A stretch of 63,873 nucleotides of DNA, filler included, from Hyphochytrium catenoides (lineage: Eukaryota; Protista; Hyphochytriomycota), in the NCBI GenBank assembly GCA_900088475.1. It is 7 parts of 7 records of this genome, joined end to end, with 100 filler letters (N's around TTAATTAATTAA, not from the genome) between each part and the next. Parts side by side here need not be neighbours in the genome. Positions count along the whole stretch, not along the records: positions 1 to 16,909 come from FLMG01003038.1; 6 more parts are not named here. The stretch is one strand, 5' to 3'. The number at the start of each line of letters is the position of its first letter. The stretch's first letter is position 1. The notes under the pieces were generated by a model. The model saw only the letters and a program-made list of their open reading frames with translations, had not been told where the DNA came from and did not search any database. Positions 1-10,584 of the stretch are shown piece after piece. Made by a program: the position numbers and the translations under genes.

Positions 1-25
1 TCTCTCTTTTCTCTCTTTTCTCTCT

Positions 26-68
<43 letters not shown>

Positions 69-363
69 TTCTCTTTCTCTCTCTCCCTCTCTCTCTTTCT
101 CTCTCTCTGCGTCCTTCCTTCTCCCTCTTGCTCTCTTCTCACTATGATGTGCTTCTCTGGCTCAATAGGAACCCAAGTATATCCTCTTCTCTTCCTTCTT
201 CCCCCTTTTTGCTCATAAGAGGGTGGAAGAGAGAGAGGAAGAGAGAGAGAGAGAGAAGACAAGGAGAGAGAGAGAGAGAAGAAGGAGAGGGTCCTGAAGA
301 AGAGGTGCTCACAACAAGTGATGATCTGCAAAGGCAACCCTCACTTGCCACTATGGCACCATA

Positions 364-401
<38 letters not shown>

Positions 402-961
402 CTAGGTCCTCTCTCCTCCTTTCCTTACCATCGTTCACTCCTTTATCTCTCTCTCTCTCTCTCTCTGTCTCTCTGTCTCTCTTCTTTGTTTCCTGTCTTC
501 TCCCTCTTCTTGGCGTCTGTTCACCCGCATTCTTGTTTCCATCATCACTCTTGGGTTGCCCTTTAGGTTGAGTTGATGTGCTACTCCATGAACAGCAGCA
601 AGAGATGGTTGTACCGCCTCTCCTGTGTCACTTTCGAAGTCTCTCTCTCCTCATTCAGTTGCACGCCTTCAGCACGGATGATACGGAAAAGGAGAGAGAG
701 AAACCAGTGAAGGAAAAAATACAGGGAGAGAAGAGAGAGAGAGAGAGAAAGACACGCTCCGATCTTGATCTTCACGAAGGGAAACAGTTCAACTCTTCTC
801 CAGCCCATTTCTCTGCTCTTTACTCCTCTCTCTCTTTCTCTCTGATATCGCCTGTTTTCTCTTCGTATATACCTGTCTCTGTCCGTCCAGACTGGGAAAG
901 GAAGAGAAAGAGAGACAGCAGAGACAGAGACTTCCCGTTCAAAAGGGGACACATTTCCAAG

Positions 962-3118
962 ATGAACGGGACATCAAATCTCTTCTTCTCTCTTCCTTTC
1001 TCTCTCACTTTCTCTTTCTTCTCTTTCTCTCTGTTTTTCCTTTTCTCTACTTCTTCACACCTCAGTTCTGCCGAGAAGATTCCTCTTCGGTCCCGAGGAA
1101 TGAGACCCATACCAGAGCTTGAAGGAGAGGAAGGAGAGAGCGAAGGAGGAGAAAGAGCGGCTTTCCGCGCACGATCTTCTCCTTCTTCTTCTTCCTCTTC
1201 TTCTTCTTCTTCTGTTACTCCTCCTCCTCCCATGCAAATGAGAAGCTTTGATAGTCTAGTCCGCAGTGCCAATGAAGCATCGTTCTCTTCTCTCGCTTCC
1301 TCCGCTCCAGGCAGCGGCGTCTCTTCTCCTGTCTCCTCTCCTTCTTCTTCTTCTTCTCTTCCCTCTTCTTCTTCTCCTTCTTCCTCTTCTCTCCCGCTAG
1401 ACAGTGATCCCTTCGGACTGCTCCTGGTCGGGACGTTTGAACTGGAGAATAATCGCTCCGCTGATCTAATCATTGACACGGGCAGCTCCGATTTTTGGAT
1501 CAATGGCACGGAGACCTTTGCCCGTGCCTCACTGCAGAGCTACGGCCCTGAGTGCTGCCAGAGAGGCCTCTGTTGCGCGGGGCCCAAGTGTGATAACTTG
1601 AAGAGAGAACCAAGGTTCAGTCTGCAGCGATGTGATTTTTTCGTGGACTATGTCTCAGGCCCTGCCTCCGGACTGCTGGGGATCTCTACTCTTTATCTGG
1701 GAGGAGACGCTTCTTCTTCTTCTTCTTCTTCTTCTTCGTCTCCTTCTTCTTCTTCTTCAGCATCATCAACAGCGTCGTCTCTCCCTTCCTCCTCCTCCTC
1801 ATCAGCATCAAGACGCATCGTAGAGAAGATGCAGCTGGGCGTGGGACAGTTTGGAGATCCCACCTTTCGATCAATCTTACCTGGCATTGCAGGCTTTGGC
1901 TTCTCTCCTCTTTCTCGCTTCACAAGCCCGACGATCACGGAGAGACTCAAGACGTTCATTTTGAAGCTTCCGTCTTCTTCTTCTGCTGCTGTTAATAGTC
2001 CTAATAGCGCCGCTCCTCCAGCCTCTTCTTCCTCTTCCGTTGTCTTTCCTTCCTCCTCCGCATTGCTAGTTGGACAAGAAGCAGAGACTCTCTCGCTCCC
2101 ATCTCCGCTTCGTTGGCTGAACATACCTTTGCAGCCCGTGAGCGCACTTGGAAGAAGAGACATGCTCTGGTGGAGCTCTGTCATCACCGACATTTCAGCC
2201 ATCGAAAGCAGCGAGAAAGATAGAGCAGGGCAAAGAAAGAAAACCACTCTCTTCCCTCCACAGCAACCGCAGCAGCCAGCAGGAGGCGGAAGAGGAGGAG
2301 GTGGCAGCAGCGGAGGAGAACGGTCATTGATCTTTGACTCTGGCACTGCTTTGGTTATCATCCCATCCGCAGACTATGGTCCTTTCATGCAGAATCTCTT
2401 CTCTCTCTCTCCTTCTTCTTCTTCTTCGACCACTTCTCCTTCTGCTCCTTCTCGTCCATCATCGTCTTCGTCGACCGCTGCCGCTGCTGCTGCCGGGAAT
2501 AGCACTAATAAGCCCAACTGCGAGAAGAGAATGTGCAACCGTGCGGGTCTGCAGATGTACATCTGTTCCTCTCTCGCTGGTCTCCCTACGCTCTCCTTCT
2601 CTTTCAAGGGTGCAGGAGAAGAAAGAGGTGGCGGGCTGTCTTCTCTCTCTCTCTCTCCGGAGGAGTACTCTCTCAAGGGCGTCTGCGGCACGGCAACAAT
2701 GTCCTCATTCTTCACGCTCATCTTTGTGGAGTCAACCTCATTCAACAGCAATAATGGCGGTGAGTTGACCATGGGATGGATCTTTGGCATGTCTTTTATG
2801 AGGAATTTCCAGTACGTTCGACATGATGTCAATAAGGCCGTCATTTCTTTCGCGGTCACACCGGCTGGTGGGGGAGGAAAGACAGGAGAAGGTCTCTCTT
2901 CTTCTTCTTCTCCTCCTCCATCGTCTGCTGCCGCTGGCACCGATGGGAAAAAAGGAGCAGACTCGGACAAAACAGAGGGAGAAGATGGGACCAACAGGAC
3001 GAGTTCAGCTTCTTCTTTTCGAAGATATTATGGGAGAGAAAGAAAGGAAACGGCGTACCTTCTTGCCTTGCCGCTACTACCGCTACTCTTCTTCTCTCTC
3101 TCCCTGCTCTTTCTCTAG
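962..3118 (+). CDS. Pepsin-like (family A1) aspartic protease, secreted and probably GPI/membrane anchored, intronless
   Basis: Two catalytic motifs, LIIDTGSSDFW and LIFDSGTALVII; flap-like DYVSG; GIAGFGF and WIFGMSFMR signatures. ATG at 962 is followed by a hydrophobic signal-like stretch, and the C-terminus is hydrophobic (LLALPLLPLLFFSLSLLFL*). The ORF-track start at 578 (GTG) is probably not the real start. Confidence 0.88.
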   Translation: MNGTSNLFFSLPFSLTFSFFSFSLFFLFSTSSHLSSAEKIPLRSRGMRPIPELEGEEGESEGGERAAFRARSSPSSSSSSSSSSVTPPPPMQMRSFDSLVRSANEASFSSLASSAPGSGVSSPVSSPSSSSSLPSSSSPSSSSLPLDSDPFGLLLVGTFELENNRSADLIIDTGSSDFWINGTETFARASLQSYGPECCQRGLCCAGPKCDNLKREPRFSLQRCDFFVDYVSGPASGLLGISTLYLGGDASSSSSSSSSSPSSSSSASSTASSLPSSSSSSASRRIVEKMQLGVGQFGDPTFRSILPGIAGFGFSPLSRFTSPTITERLKTFILKLPSSSSAAVNSPNSAAPPASSSSSVVFPSSSALLVGQEAETLSLPSPLRWLNIPLQPVSALGRRDMLWWSSVITDISAIESSEKDRAGQRKKTTLFPPQQPQQPAGGGRGGGGSSGGERSLIFDSGTALVIIPSADYGPFMQNLFSLSPSSSSSTTSPSAPSRPSSSSSTAAAAAAGNSTNKPNCEKRMCNRAGLQMYICSSLAGLPTLSFSFKGAGEERGGGLSSLSLSPEEYSLKGVCGTATMSSFFTLIFVESTSFNSNNGGELTMGWIFGMSFMRNFQYVRHDVNKAVISFAVTPAGGGGKTGEGLSSSSSPPPSSAAAGTDGKKGADSDKTEGEDGTNRTSSASSFRRYYGRERKETAYLLALPLLPLLFFSLSLLFL

Positions 3119-3679
3119 GTTATATCTCCCCAAGCGTGTTCGTGGTAAAATTATAAATAGAAGTAACGTCTTTCCTCTTCTCTTCTTCTTCCTTCCCTCG
3201 AGTTTCCCCCTTCTTTTGCCACTTGTCCTATCATCATCTAGCAAGCAGGTAGAGGAAGAGGAAATGGTAAGATTGTTAGTCCTTGCTCCTGATAATTGCT
3301 TCTTTCTCTTTCTTATGGAAGAGGAAGCCTTCAACAAAATAACAATGATGAAGAGAGATCGGCCACGGTCATCGACAAAGGAAGCAAAGAAAACCTTAGA
3401 ACATACGTGGGAAGTAGTCAAGCTCAAGACAGAGAGAGAGAGAAAGAAAGAGAGAGAGGCCGAGAGAGGAGAGAGTGGAGAGAACATAGGAAATCAACGT
3501 TTATTTCTTCTACATGGAGAAAATTGGAGACAGACATGCCATCGTCATACAATGATCCGTTGTCCTTTTTGTCAAAGAAACGCACCGAGGTTGCCCTTTC
3601 TTCTTTTATTGCGGGTTGTTTCTCTTCTTCTGTCATTTCTGGTTTTTGCCCCGTCTGGCCACCAAAGAAAGGTGTGAGA

Positions 3680-3783
3680 NNNNNNNNNNNNNNNNNNNNN
3701 NNNNNNNNNNNNNNNNNNNNNNNNNNNNNNNNNNNNNNNNNNNNNNNNNNNNNNNNNNNNNNNNNNNNNNNNNNNNNNNNNNN
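3680..3783. other. Scaffold gap (N run, no linker)
   Basis: Run of N. Similar linker-less gaps at 15506-15586 and 49089-49109. Confidence 0.99.
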
Positions 3784-6067
3784 CTCCGTCTTCTTCTCCT
3801 CCTTCTTCTTGTTCTTCCTCTGCTTCTTCTTCTTCTGCTTCTTTTCCTTCTGTTGCTTCTTCTCTTCCTTCTCGTCCCGCTGCAATAGTGATTGTTTTCT
3901 CTTCTTGACACCTTCTCTTCTCTTTCTCTTCTTCCCCTTAAGAGAGGCGTAGACAAACAAAGAATAGACATTCAGCAATACTCCGATCATTCTTACTTTC
4001 CCGTGATAACAGAGAAGGAGAATAATGAGACAATGACTGTTGTTGCTCTTGCGTCTCATCCACTTCTTCTCTTGTTCTCCTCCTTTCTCTTCACTAGTAG
4101 TTCTTTCTTCTTTCCTCTCCGCTTCTAACTATCATCGCCGAAGAAGAAAAGAAGGAGCGTACATATTCGTCTTTCTAATCTATTCTTCTTCTCTTTCTCG
4201 CGGATTTATCCAGAGAGAAAGGTTGACGGCTCTCGAGACCTTACACAGCTCCTTATCTCTTCAGGTGTTACCTCCTTCTCCATTGTTTTTTCTGTCTTTC
4301 ATAATAAACTATGGCGTTTTTTCGTTCTTCTCTTTCTTGTTCATTGGTTTCTTAGATCACAAGAGACCATCTCCATAAGTTTATGCCTTAGAATGTGTCG
4401 TTCTTTCATTCTTTCTTTCTCTTCCTCTTTAATTCTTGCTTTCTTTCTTAGATGATCAAAGGACGGCTCTATTCCAATCACTCAAAGTGTAGTTGCACCT
4501 GGTTATCGCTTCATTAGTTTTTAGGGTCTCCTCTTTTCTTCTACTCTAGAGAGAGAGAGAAGGTTATGCTTATTTGAATATCTGCATCATAGATGGCCTA
4601 GAATCAACTCAAAAAGTAAAGAAAAGAAGGAAGGCCACCTTTGATATTTCGCTTGGTCGCACTTCTTTTCTTAACCTCTACCATTCACAGTCAGGACACA
4701 GAGCGAGAGAGAAGAGAACGAGAGCAGCACAGAGAGATAAAGAGAGGCCAGAAAGAAGAAGAGAAGTGACAAGGATGAGAAAGAGAAAAGCAAATGCTGA
4801 CTTTCTCTCCCTGCGGACTCCATGTGCTTCACTCTTCTCAAAACAAGAAGAAGAGAAATGAGAAGAACGAAAAGGTGAGTTCTTCATTAGACTCATCGCG
4901 GGAAGACGATGTTGAGAGGAGAGGAGAGAGACTACGAGGAGAGTAAAACTTGAAAAGTTAGAGCGATGCGGACACGAGGAGAAGGAGAAGAGAAGGCCAG
5001 GAAGAGGACTCTGACTCTCAGAGCAACAGAATGTTATTCTATGATAGGGTTCAGATTCCGAACCCTTACCACTGCAGAAAGGAGAGACCGCGAACTGAGG
5101 GTTGGATGTGAAGGCAAAAACGTTTGTCCATTCTAAAAAAGGAAACACGAGCCGATGCAAAAGAGACAGAAGTTGCGGAGACAGGCAATCATGCTGCAGG
5201 CACATTGGAACGATAGAGATGATTGGAAGAAGAATGAAGAACAACAGGAGAGAAAGTGACACGAGAGTAATAGTGAGGTAAAGATAAAGAGAGAGATAAA
5301 AGCCAGAGATGCTAAGGCAGATTGAGGAGTGAAGAGCAAGAGAGAAGAACAGTTGATTGACCGATTGTTGGAACGAAGCAACCACGAGTTGCAGATGAGA
5401 AAGGAGCGATGCATGTGACAACTATTGAGAAGAGACGAGTCGCGTGGCCAAAAAGAAAGTTGAATTCCTAACAGAGAACAGGGTGCACGAAGGAGATAGT
5501 GAGACAGACAGAAGACAGAGAGGGGACGAAGCAGTTATAGAAGATGTGGAAGCAGGGTCGATTCAGCTGCTGCACGATGTGTAATCTGTCGCGTGCCTTT
5601 TCTACTCGTGCAGTCACTTTCTCATCTCTTCCGCTACACCAGCAGCTGTTGCATGTTTCTATTGTTGCTTCTTCGTGCTCCTAGGAAGTGCCTTACCAAT
5701 ATTGGCCGGTAGCCTCTATTTATGACCTCCATTTGGCCGTCACTTTATCAGCAATGTTGGCTGTTCCAAGGGACCGATTGTGGAATAGGGGGCAAGAAAT
5801 CCAGGAGATCTTTACACCAGAGGAATTCGAGATAGTTCTTTCCAGTCACAATATTATCTGGAACTAAAACAAATTGGTTTGGGATAAAAACGACTCGTGA
5901 GAATGATGCGAACTTCCCTCTTCGCTCAAGCTGAAAGTCCGAAATGATGGGGGCTAAAGCCCTCATGTCAAGGCATGTACTGCTATGCGCGGGGCGGAGT
6001 TATTGCATGAAACGGACAAAAATCTTCAAGAAGGGAAGAAAATCTGCGCCTCAATGAGCCTCATTCG

Positions 6068-7754
6068 ATGACCTACCACTCAGTGACCGAAGCTTATCAG
6101 ACCACAAATCTTTGCCAGCCTACTCTATACACGTCATATGCTAAGACCATGGAGCAACTTTACGACGGACAGCTTGACCTAGCGCCAACCCGTTCGGTTT
6201 CCGAGACGGAATATCGTCAACGGATCTTGGAAGCTGTGCTTGACATACTCTTTCATGGAGTATCACAGCAAAAAGCACTGAAAGATGGGGCGGTAAATGA
6301 GAGACGGGTCCGACCCTACTTGAAGCACTTCTCAAAGTATAGCAGCGAGGCTTCCGTTCGCCACAAACTGGAGCGACTCCTGAAACTTGGGGACAGGAGG
6401 AGCTACTCTGACGCAGCGTACAACCATCCCAAATTCTGAACGGCGATGAAGTGGGGTTTGACCCACGTGGAAAGATGAAGAAAGTCTTTGTCCGGCGAGG
6501 CACCGACAGAGCATTCAACGTTGTTCGAGGAGAAAAAGCTCCTTTTTGGGTAACTGTACATATCATCACCAGCGCGGACGGTTATTGTCCTGTTCCCCCA
6601 TTCGTGGTCCATCAAGCCGACGCAACAAAAGGTGGAAGCCGCCTGCTAGTTGAGGATTTGCCAGCTGACTTCGGCTACGCGCACAATGAGAGCGGGTACA
6701 TGGACGAGGATGGAGGAATATTATTGGCGCGACATATCGTAAGAAATTTGCCCTTAGGTCGACCTAGGCCTTCATATATCCTTCTTGACGGGCATTACTC
6801 CCACATAACCAGAGAGCTCCTTGAAATATTGACAGAGAATGACGTCTTCATCTTATATCTGGCATCAAACAGGAGTATCTGGGACCAGCCGAATGATAAC
6901 GGCATAAATAGCCGTCTTAAGGCTGAGTATGGAAGAAGCATGAAGGCACTTCAGCTCAAGGAGCATGCTCTCATTGATCAACATCCTTTAACCGTGCATT
7001 TGTTGATGCTTGGCGTCGCACCAAGGTAGCTTCCGATGTTATCAGATCTGGGTTCCGGAAGACTGGTATTTGGCCTCTCAACCGGCGTGCTCAGAACTAC
7101 CCAGAGGTGTCCTTTCGCCTTTCTGGTTACGCTACGTTAGCGATGGGCAGCCATACGTTTGGAGAAGAAGACAACAAGGAGAACTACGGCTCGCCAACAC
7201 CTGGCACAACGGAACGCAATAACCAAGACAATACCGTTCTCACACCTATGGATGGAGCATCCGCCATGGAAAGGCAGCCCTTCCTGAGAGTTGTTAGTAA
7301 CAAGAGAAGGGCCAAGGAGCTCACAAATGACCAGATACGACAAGCAGTAAATGAGAATTTGGTCAAAATGATGCAAAGAGATCAACAGGCCATCAAAACG
7401 CTCCATGAATCAAAGCAGAGGGCAAAAAAAGCAAAAGCTTACGGAATTTCAACGTTCGATGGTGCCTTCGGGTCCGTAGAGTCGCAGATTGAAAGAATTC
7501 AATATTATGAAGACAAGAAGAAGGAGAAGATGGAACAAGAGCAGCGGAAAAAGGAAGCAAGGAAGATGCAACAAGAGAAGATTACTCAGAAGCAAAACCA
7601 GGCACTTTCCAAGCTGCGAGAGGCTGGATTGAAAGCCTTGACAGTTCCAGAGCTGAAATTGGCGGGTATTAAACCTGGGATGAAAAAGGGGGACATTGCT
7701 AAGATGAGGCGCCAAGAGTTGCTGGCTACTGTGGAGCGATTGGAGGCTCAATAA
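6068..7754 (+). pseudogene. pogo-like DD35D transposase, frameshifted and probably internally deleted
   Basis: N-terminal HTH-like segment (EYRQRILEAVLDILFHGVSQQKAL). After a frame change: ILNGDEVGF (D1), VTVHIITSADG, SGYMD, YILLDGHYSH (D2) and QPND (D3, 35 residues after D2). A second frameshift near 6985 leads into FNRAFVDAW...IRSGFRKTGIWPLN, which runs to the stop at 7754. Confidence 0.85.
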
Positions 7755-7850
7755 AGAATTTGTAACAAGGAAATGGGGGAGATGAAAGAAGAAGAGCACG
7801 ACATTAAGTAAGAGAGGAAAAGATAAGAGTGAATACTATTGATCGACGTG

Positions 7851-7960
7851 CATCATCATCGCTGCTGAATGCCAGAACCAACACAATAGAATGACGGAAT
7901 TGAGTTGAGCGATGATGAACTTATTTGCAATAAGGGACATCATCATCGCTGCTGAACGCC
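7851..7960 (+). repeat. 23-bp direct repeat (CATCATCATCGCTGCTGAAYGCC x2) in the 3' part of the transposon
   Basis: Copies at 7851-7873 and 7938-7960, 1 mismatch. Confidence 0.85.
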
Positions 7961-10424
7961 CATGATCATTATTCTCCTTCTTGCGATCTTCTTTGAATGA
8001 TGACACAACCCCTAAGCAGGAGAAAGAAGAAGTAATTATCTATACACCAGAACTGCCACTCTTGTGCTTCTCCACCACCTCCTCTGGCTGCTGCTCACTG
8101 CATGATGAATGATTGGTCTCGTCCTTCTTCTTCTTCTTTTGCTGCGTGGCCAGAAGCTAGGAAAGAGGATGACAACGTTGAGAGTGGCGAGTGTAACGCC
8201 CCAGCGGCTAACGGCTAAAAAAGCGGCCTTAGGCTGGCTCACTTTTCTCTGACTTTGAGGTCGAATATCTCAGAATCGATGGAGTGGGACCTTCGGCATG
8301 AAGACCTGAAAAGTACTCTGCATGAGTAGACGCTTCAAACAATGTATTGAACGTAGGGCACTGGGCATCTCTTCACTTCGAAAATAGCGTCCGAAAAAGC
8401 GGCCATAATTTGGTTGGGTACTTCCTACTTCCTTCTCTGGCATGTCGCCGTCCCCGCTCTCTCTCTTCCCCACTTTTCTCTCTTCCCCTCTTACTTGTTT
8501 TGCTTTGGGACTATGTTGCTCGCTCTTCCTCTTTGTTGTCATCGTTACTGTCTGCTCTCTACTCTATCCTTGATAATGTTTTGTCTCTTCTGTTTGTCCC
8601 GGATTGCTTTCTATACAAATAAGAAATAACAGGGCCTGCTTTTTGTCGAAGAATGAACTTTGTTTTTTGGGCTAAAGAAAAGAGAGTTGTCATTTCATTT
8701 CTCTTCCCTCTCTGTTTCCTCCATTCTGGACTGAAAATGAGAAGAGGAAAGGAGGCAGAGAAAAGGGGACGGAAAGTAGCTCCAGCCACTTTGACAGTTA
8801 CTGGGGAGAACCCCATCATCCCGAGGTGGACGGGTCCGAGCGATTACTCATCTCCCTGCAGCGGGTCTTCGTTCTCTCTCTCTTATTCTGTATGTTCGGT
8901 GTCCCTCTTTGTTTTATTTTGCTCTCTTCTCTCCTTCTTCCATCATTTTCACGTTTTCACAGCGCTGCCCTCTCTCTCTCTCTCTCCCTCCCGCCCTCTT
9001 ACTCTCTCTTCCTCACCGGTTGTGGACGAGAGACGCACTCTCTCCTTTCTCCCTCTGTCTCTTTGTATCCCAAAGTAGGTTGGGCTTGTCTCTCTTCTTC
9101 CGCCTGTGATCTCTTGACCGTTCATTCTGCTTCATCGTCCGTTGCTGCCTCTACTTTGCACCCGAACCGGTTGACGTGTACCCTCATCTGACTCTCTGCG
9201 TACGAGAGAAAGAATGCGTCACAAGCCTTTATACTAAGCTCCTTTGGGAAATATAGATCGAGAGCCCGATGACGCTAGAGCCAAACAGAGCAAAAGAGAG
9301 CGGGGGTAGGGAGGAAGAGAAGGATGAGGGAAACAAACGAAAAAATAAAAAAAAAGTGAGAGTGAGAATATGGCGAGAAAGAGAATGGAAAGCGACAGGG
9401 AGAAAGAGAAGTGAAAAGAGAAAGAAGGAGGAAGAGAGAAAGAGAGAGAAGAGACAAGGATTGCGACTCCCTGGACACATCCTCCAAAGAGCGGTCCAAA
9501 GAAGCTGTTGTGGTATAGTTTCATCGAACGTTCCATCCATCAGTCAGAATGTTTCTGACTCATCAAATAGTTCAGTGGTTAATTGTGAAACGTTCCCCAC
9601 GAAGTTTTCAAGAGTTGGTGCGAAACTTTCGTTACCGTTTTACAGTAGAGACCATCCATCTCCGGGTGCCCACTTCAACAATACTGCAACAGCAGCATAC
9701 ATAGTAATAGTCAGTCGTACTACAGGTAAATGTCGGTGTAGGAAGTACGTATTAGTTTTTAAGAATCTTAGGAGGAGTTGGCCACCTCCAGGGACCGTCA
9801 ACCCGTTGCTACCACCCATGTTACCCATGCTTGCTTTCTCTCCCTTTCTCTCTTTGCATGTCTCTGGAACTAGGATAACGATGCCGAAGCTGATGCCGAC
9901 GAACTCTCTCTCTGACAACCCTTTCTGGAATAGAACTATCCCCTCCGTGTTCCCTACTACTCTCTCTGTACACAGATTCAGCCAACCATCTGCTTTGCAC
10001 ATCCCGCCCTGCAACACGTGCTGCCCATCATTTGACTCCCGTCGCTCATCTGGCGACATGAGGTTTCTTTTCTTTTCTGGCACCAGTGCCTGTCTCTTTA
10101 CACTCTGCATGGGAACCTGGCGGCAGCAGACAGCAGTAGGAACAGAGAAGGAGCCTTTTACAATCACCTAGCATGAAATGCTCTGGTGAACCCCCAAAGT
10201 TTGGGGTAGGTGTGCTTCAGATAAATTTGGCCGAGTAATAAGGATGAGATGTTCTACCACCCACCATCTTTTATAAAAAAACATGCGACCAGTGATTCAG
10301 CCTTTGACGAAGGACTTGGTGCGGTCCCAAAGCGCTACATGCAGCAGCAATAGTTCAATCTATCCTCTTTGTTTATAAATCTAGAGAAGCCCATAAATAA
10401 ATGACATAGCAAGAATGCCGCATG

Positions 10425-10584
10425 CACTACACGTCCTTGTTTAGTTCTATTTTGATGGTCTCTAAGTTAAACCTCTTCCATTCTAGTAGAGTAGCTTGCC
10501 TTTAGGAAGGGCTGGTCTCAGATTAAATTAGGACTATCAACCCTTTGCGCCACAAAAAATAGAACTAAACCAGGATTTATAGTG
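10425..10584. mobile_element. 160-bp MITE-like element with 29-bp TIRs, CACTA...TAGTG termini, CATG on both sides
   Basis: Left TIR CACTACACGTCCTTGTTTAGTTCTATTTT; right AAAATAGAACTAAACCAGGATTTATAGTG (25/29 match as an inverted repeat, inner 15 bp perfect). CATG at 10421-10424 and 10585-10588. Confidence 0.65.

Larger units (their letters stand above)
5684..8425 (+). mobile_element. Decayed pogo/Fot1-like (Tc1-mariner superfamily) DNA transposon, ~2.74 kb
   Basis: Imperfect TIRs: left GGAAGTGCCTTACCAATATTGGCCG (from 5684); right CGGCCATAATTTGGTTGGGTACTTCC (to 8425; reverse complement GGAAGTACCCAACCAAATTATGGCCG). Each end is flanked by TA (5682-5683, 8426-8427). The TIRs enclose a DDD transposase remnant. 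Confidence 0.8.

Noticed and set aside
6776-6783. ATATCCTT as a U12 donor
   Set aside because: It falls in the transposase YILLDGH catalytic motif, with no associated branch box or acceptor.
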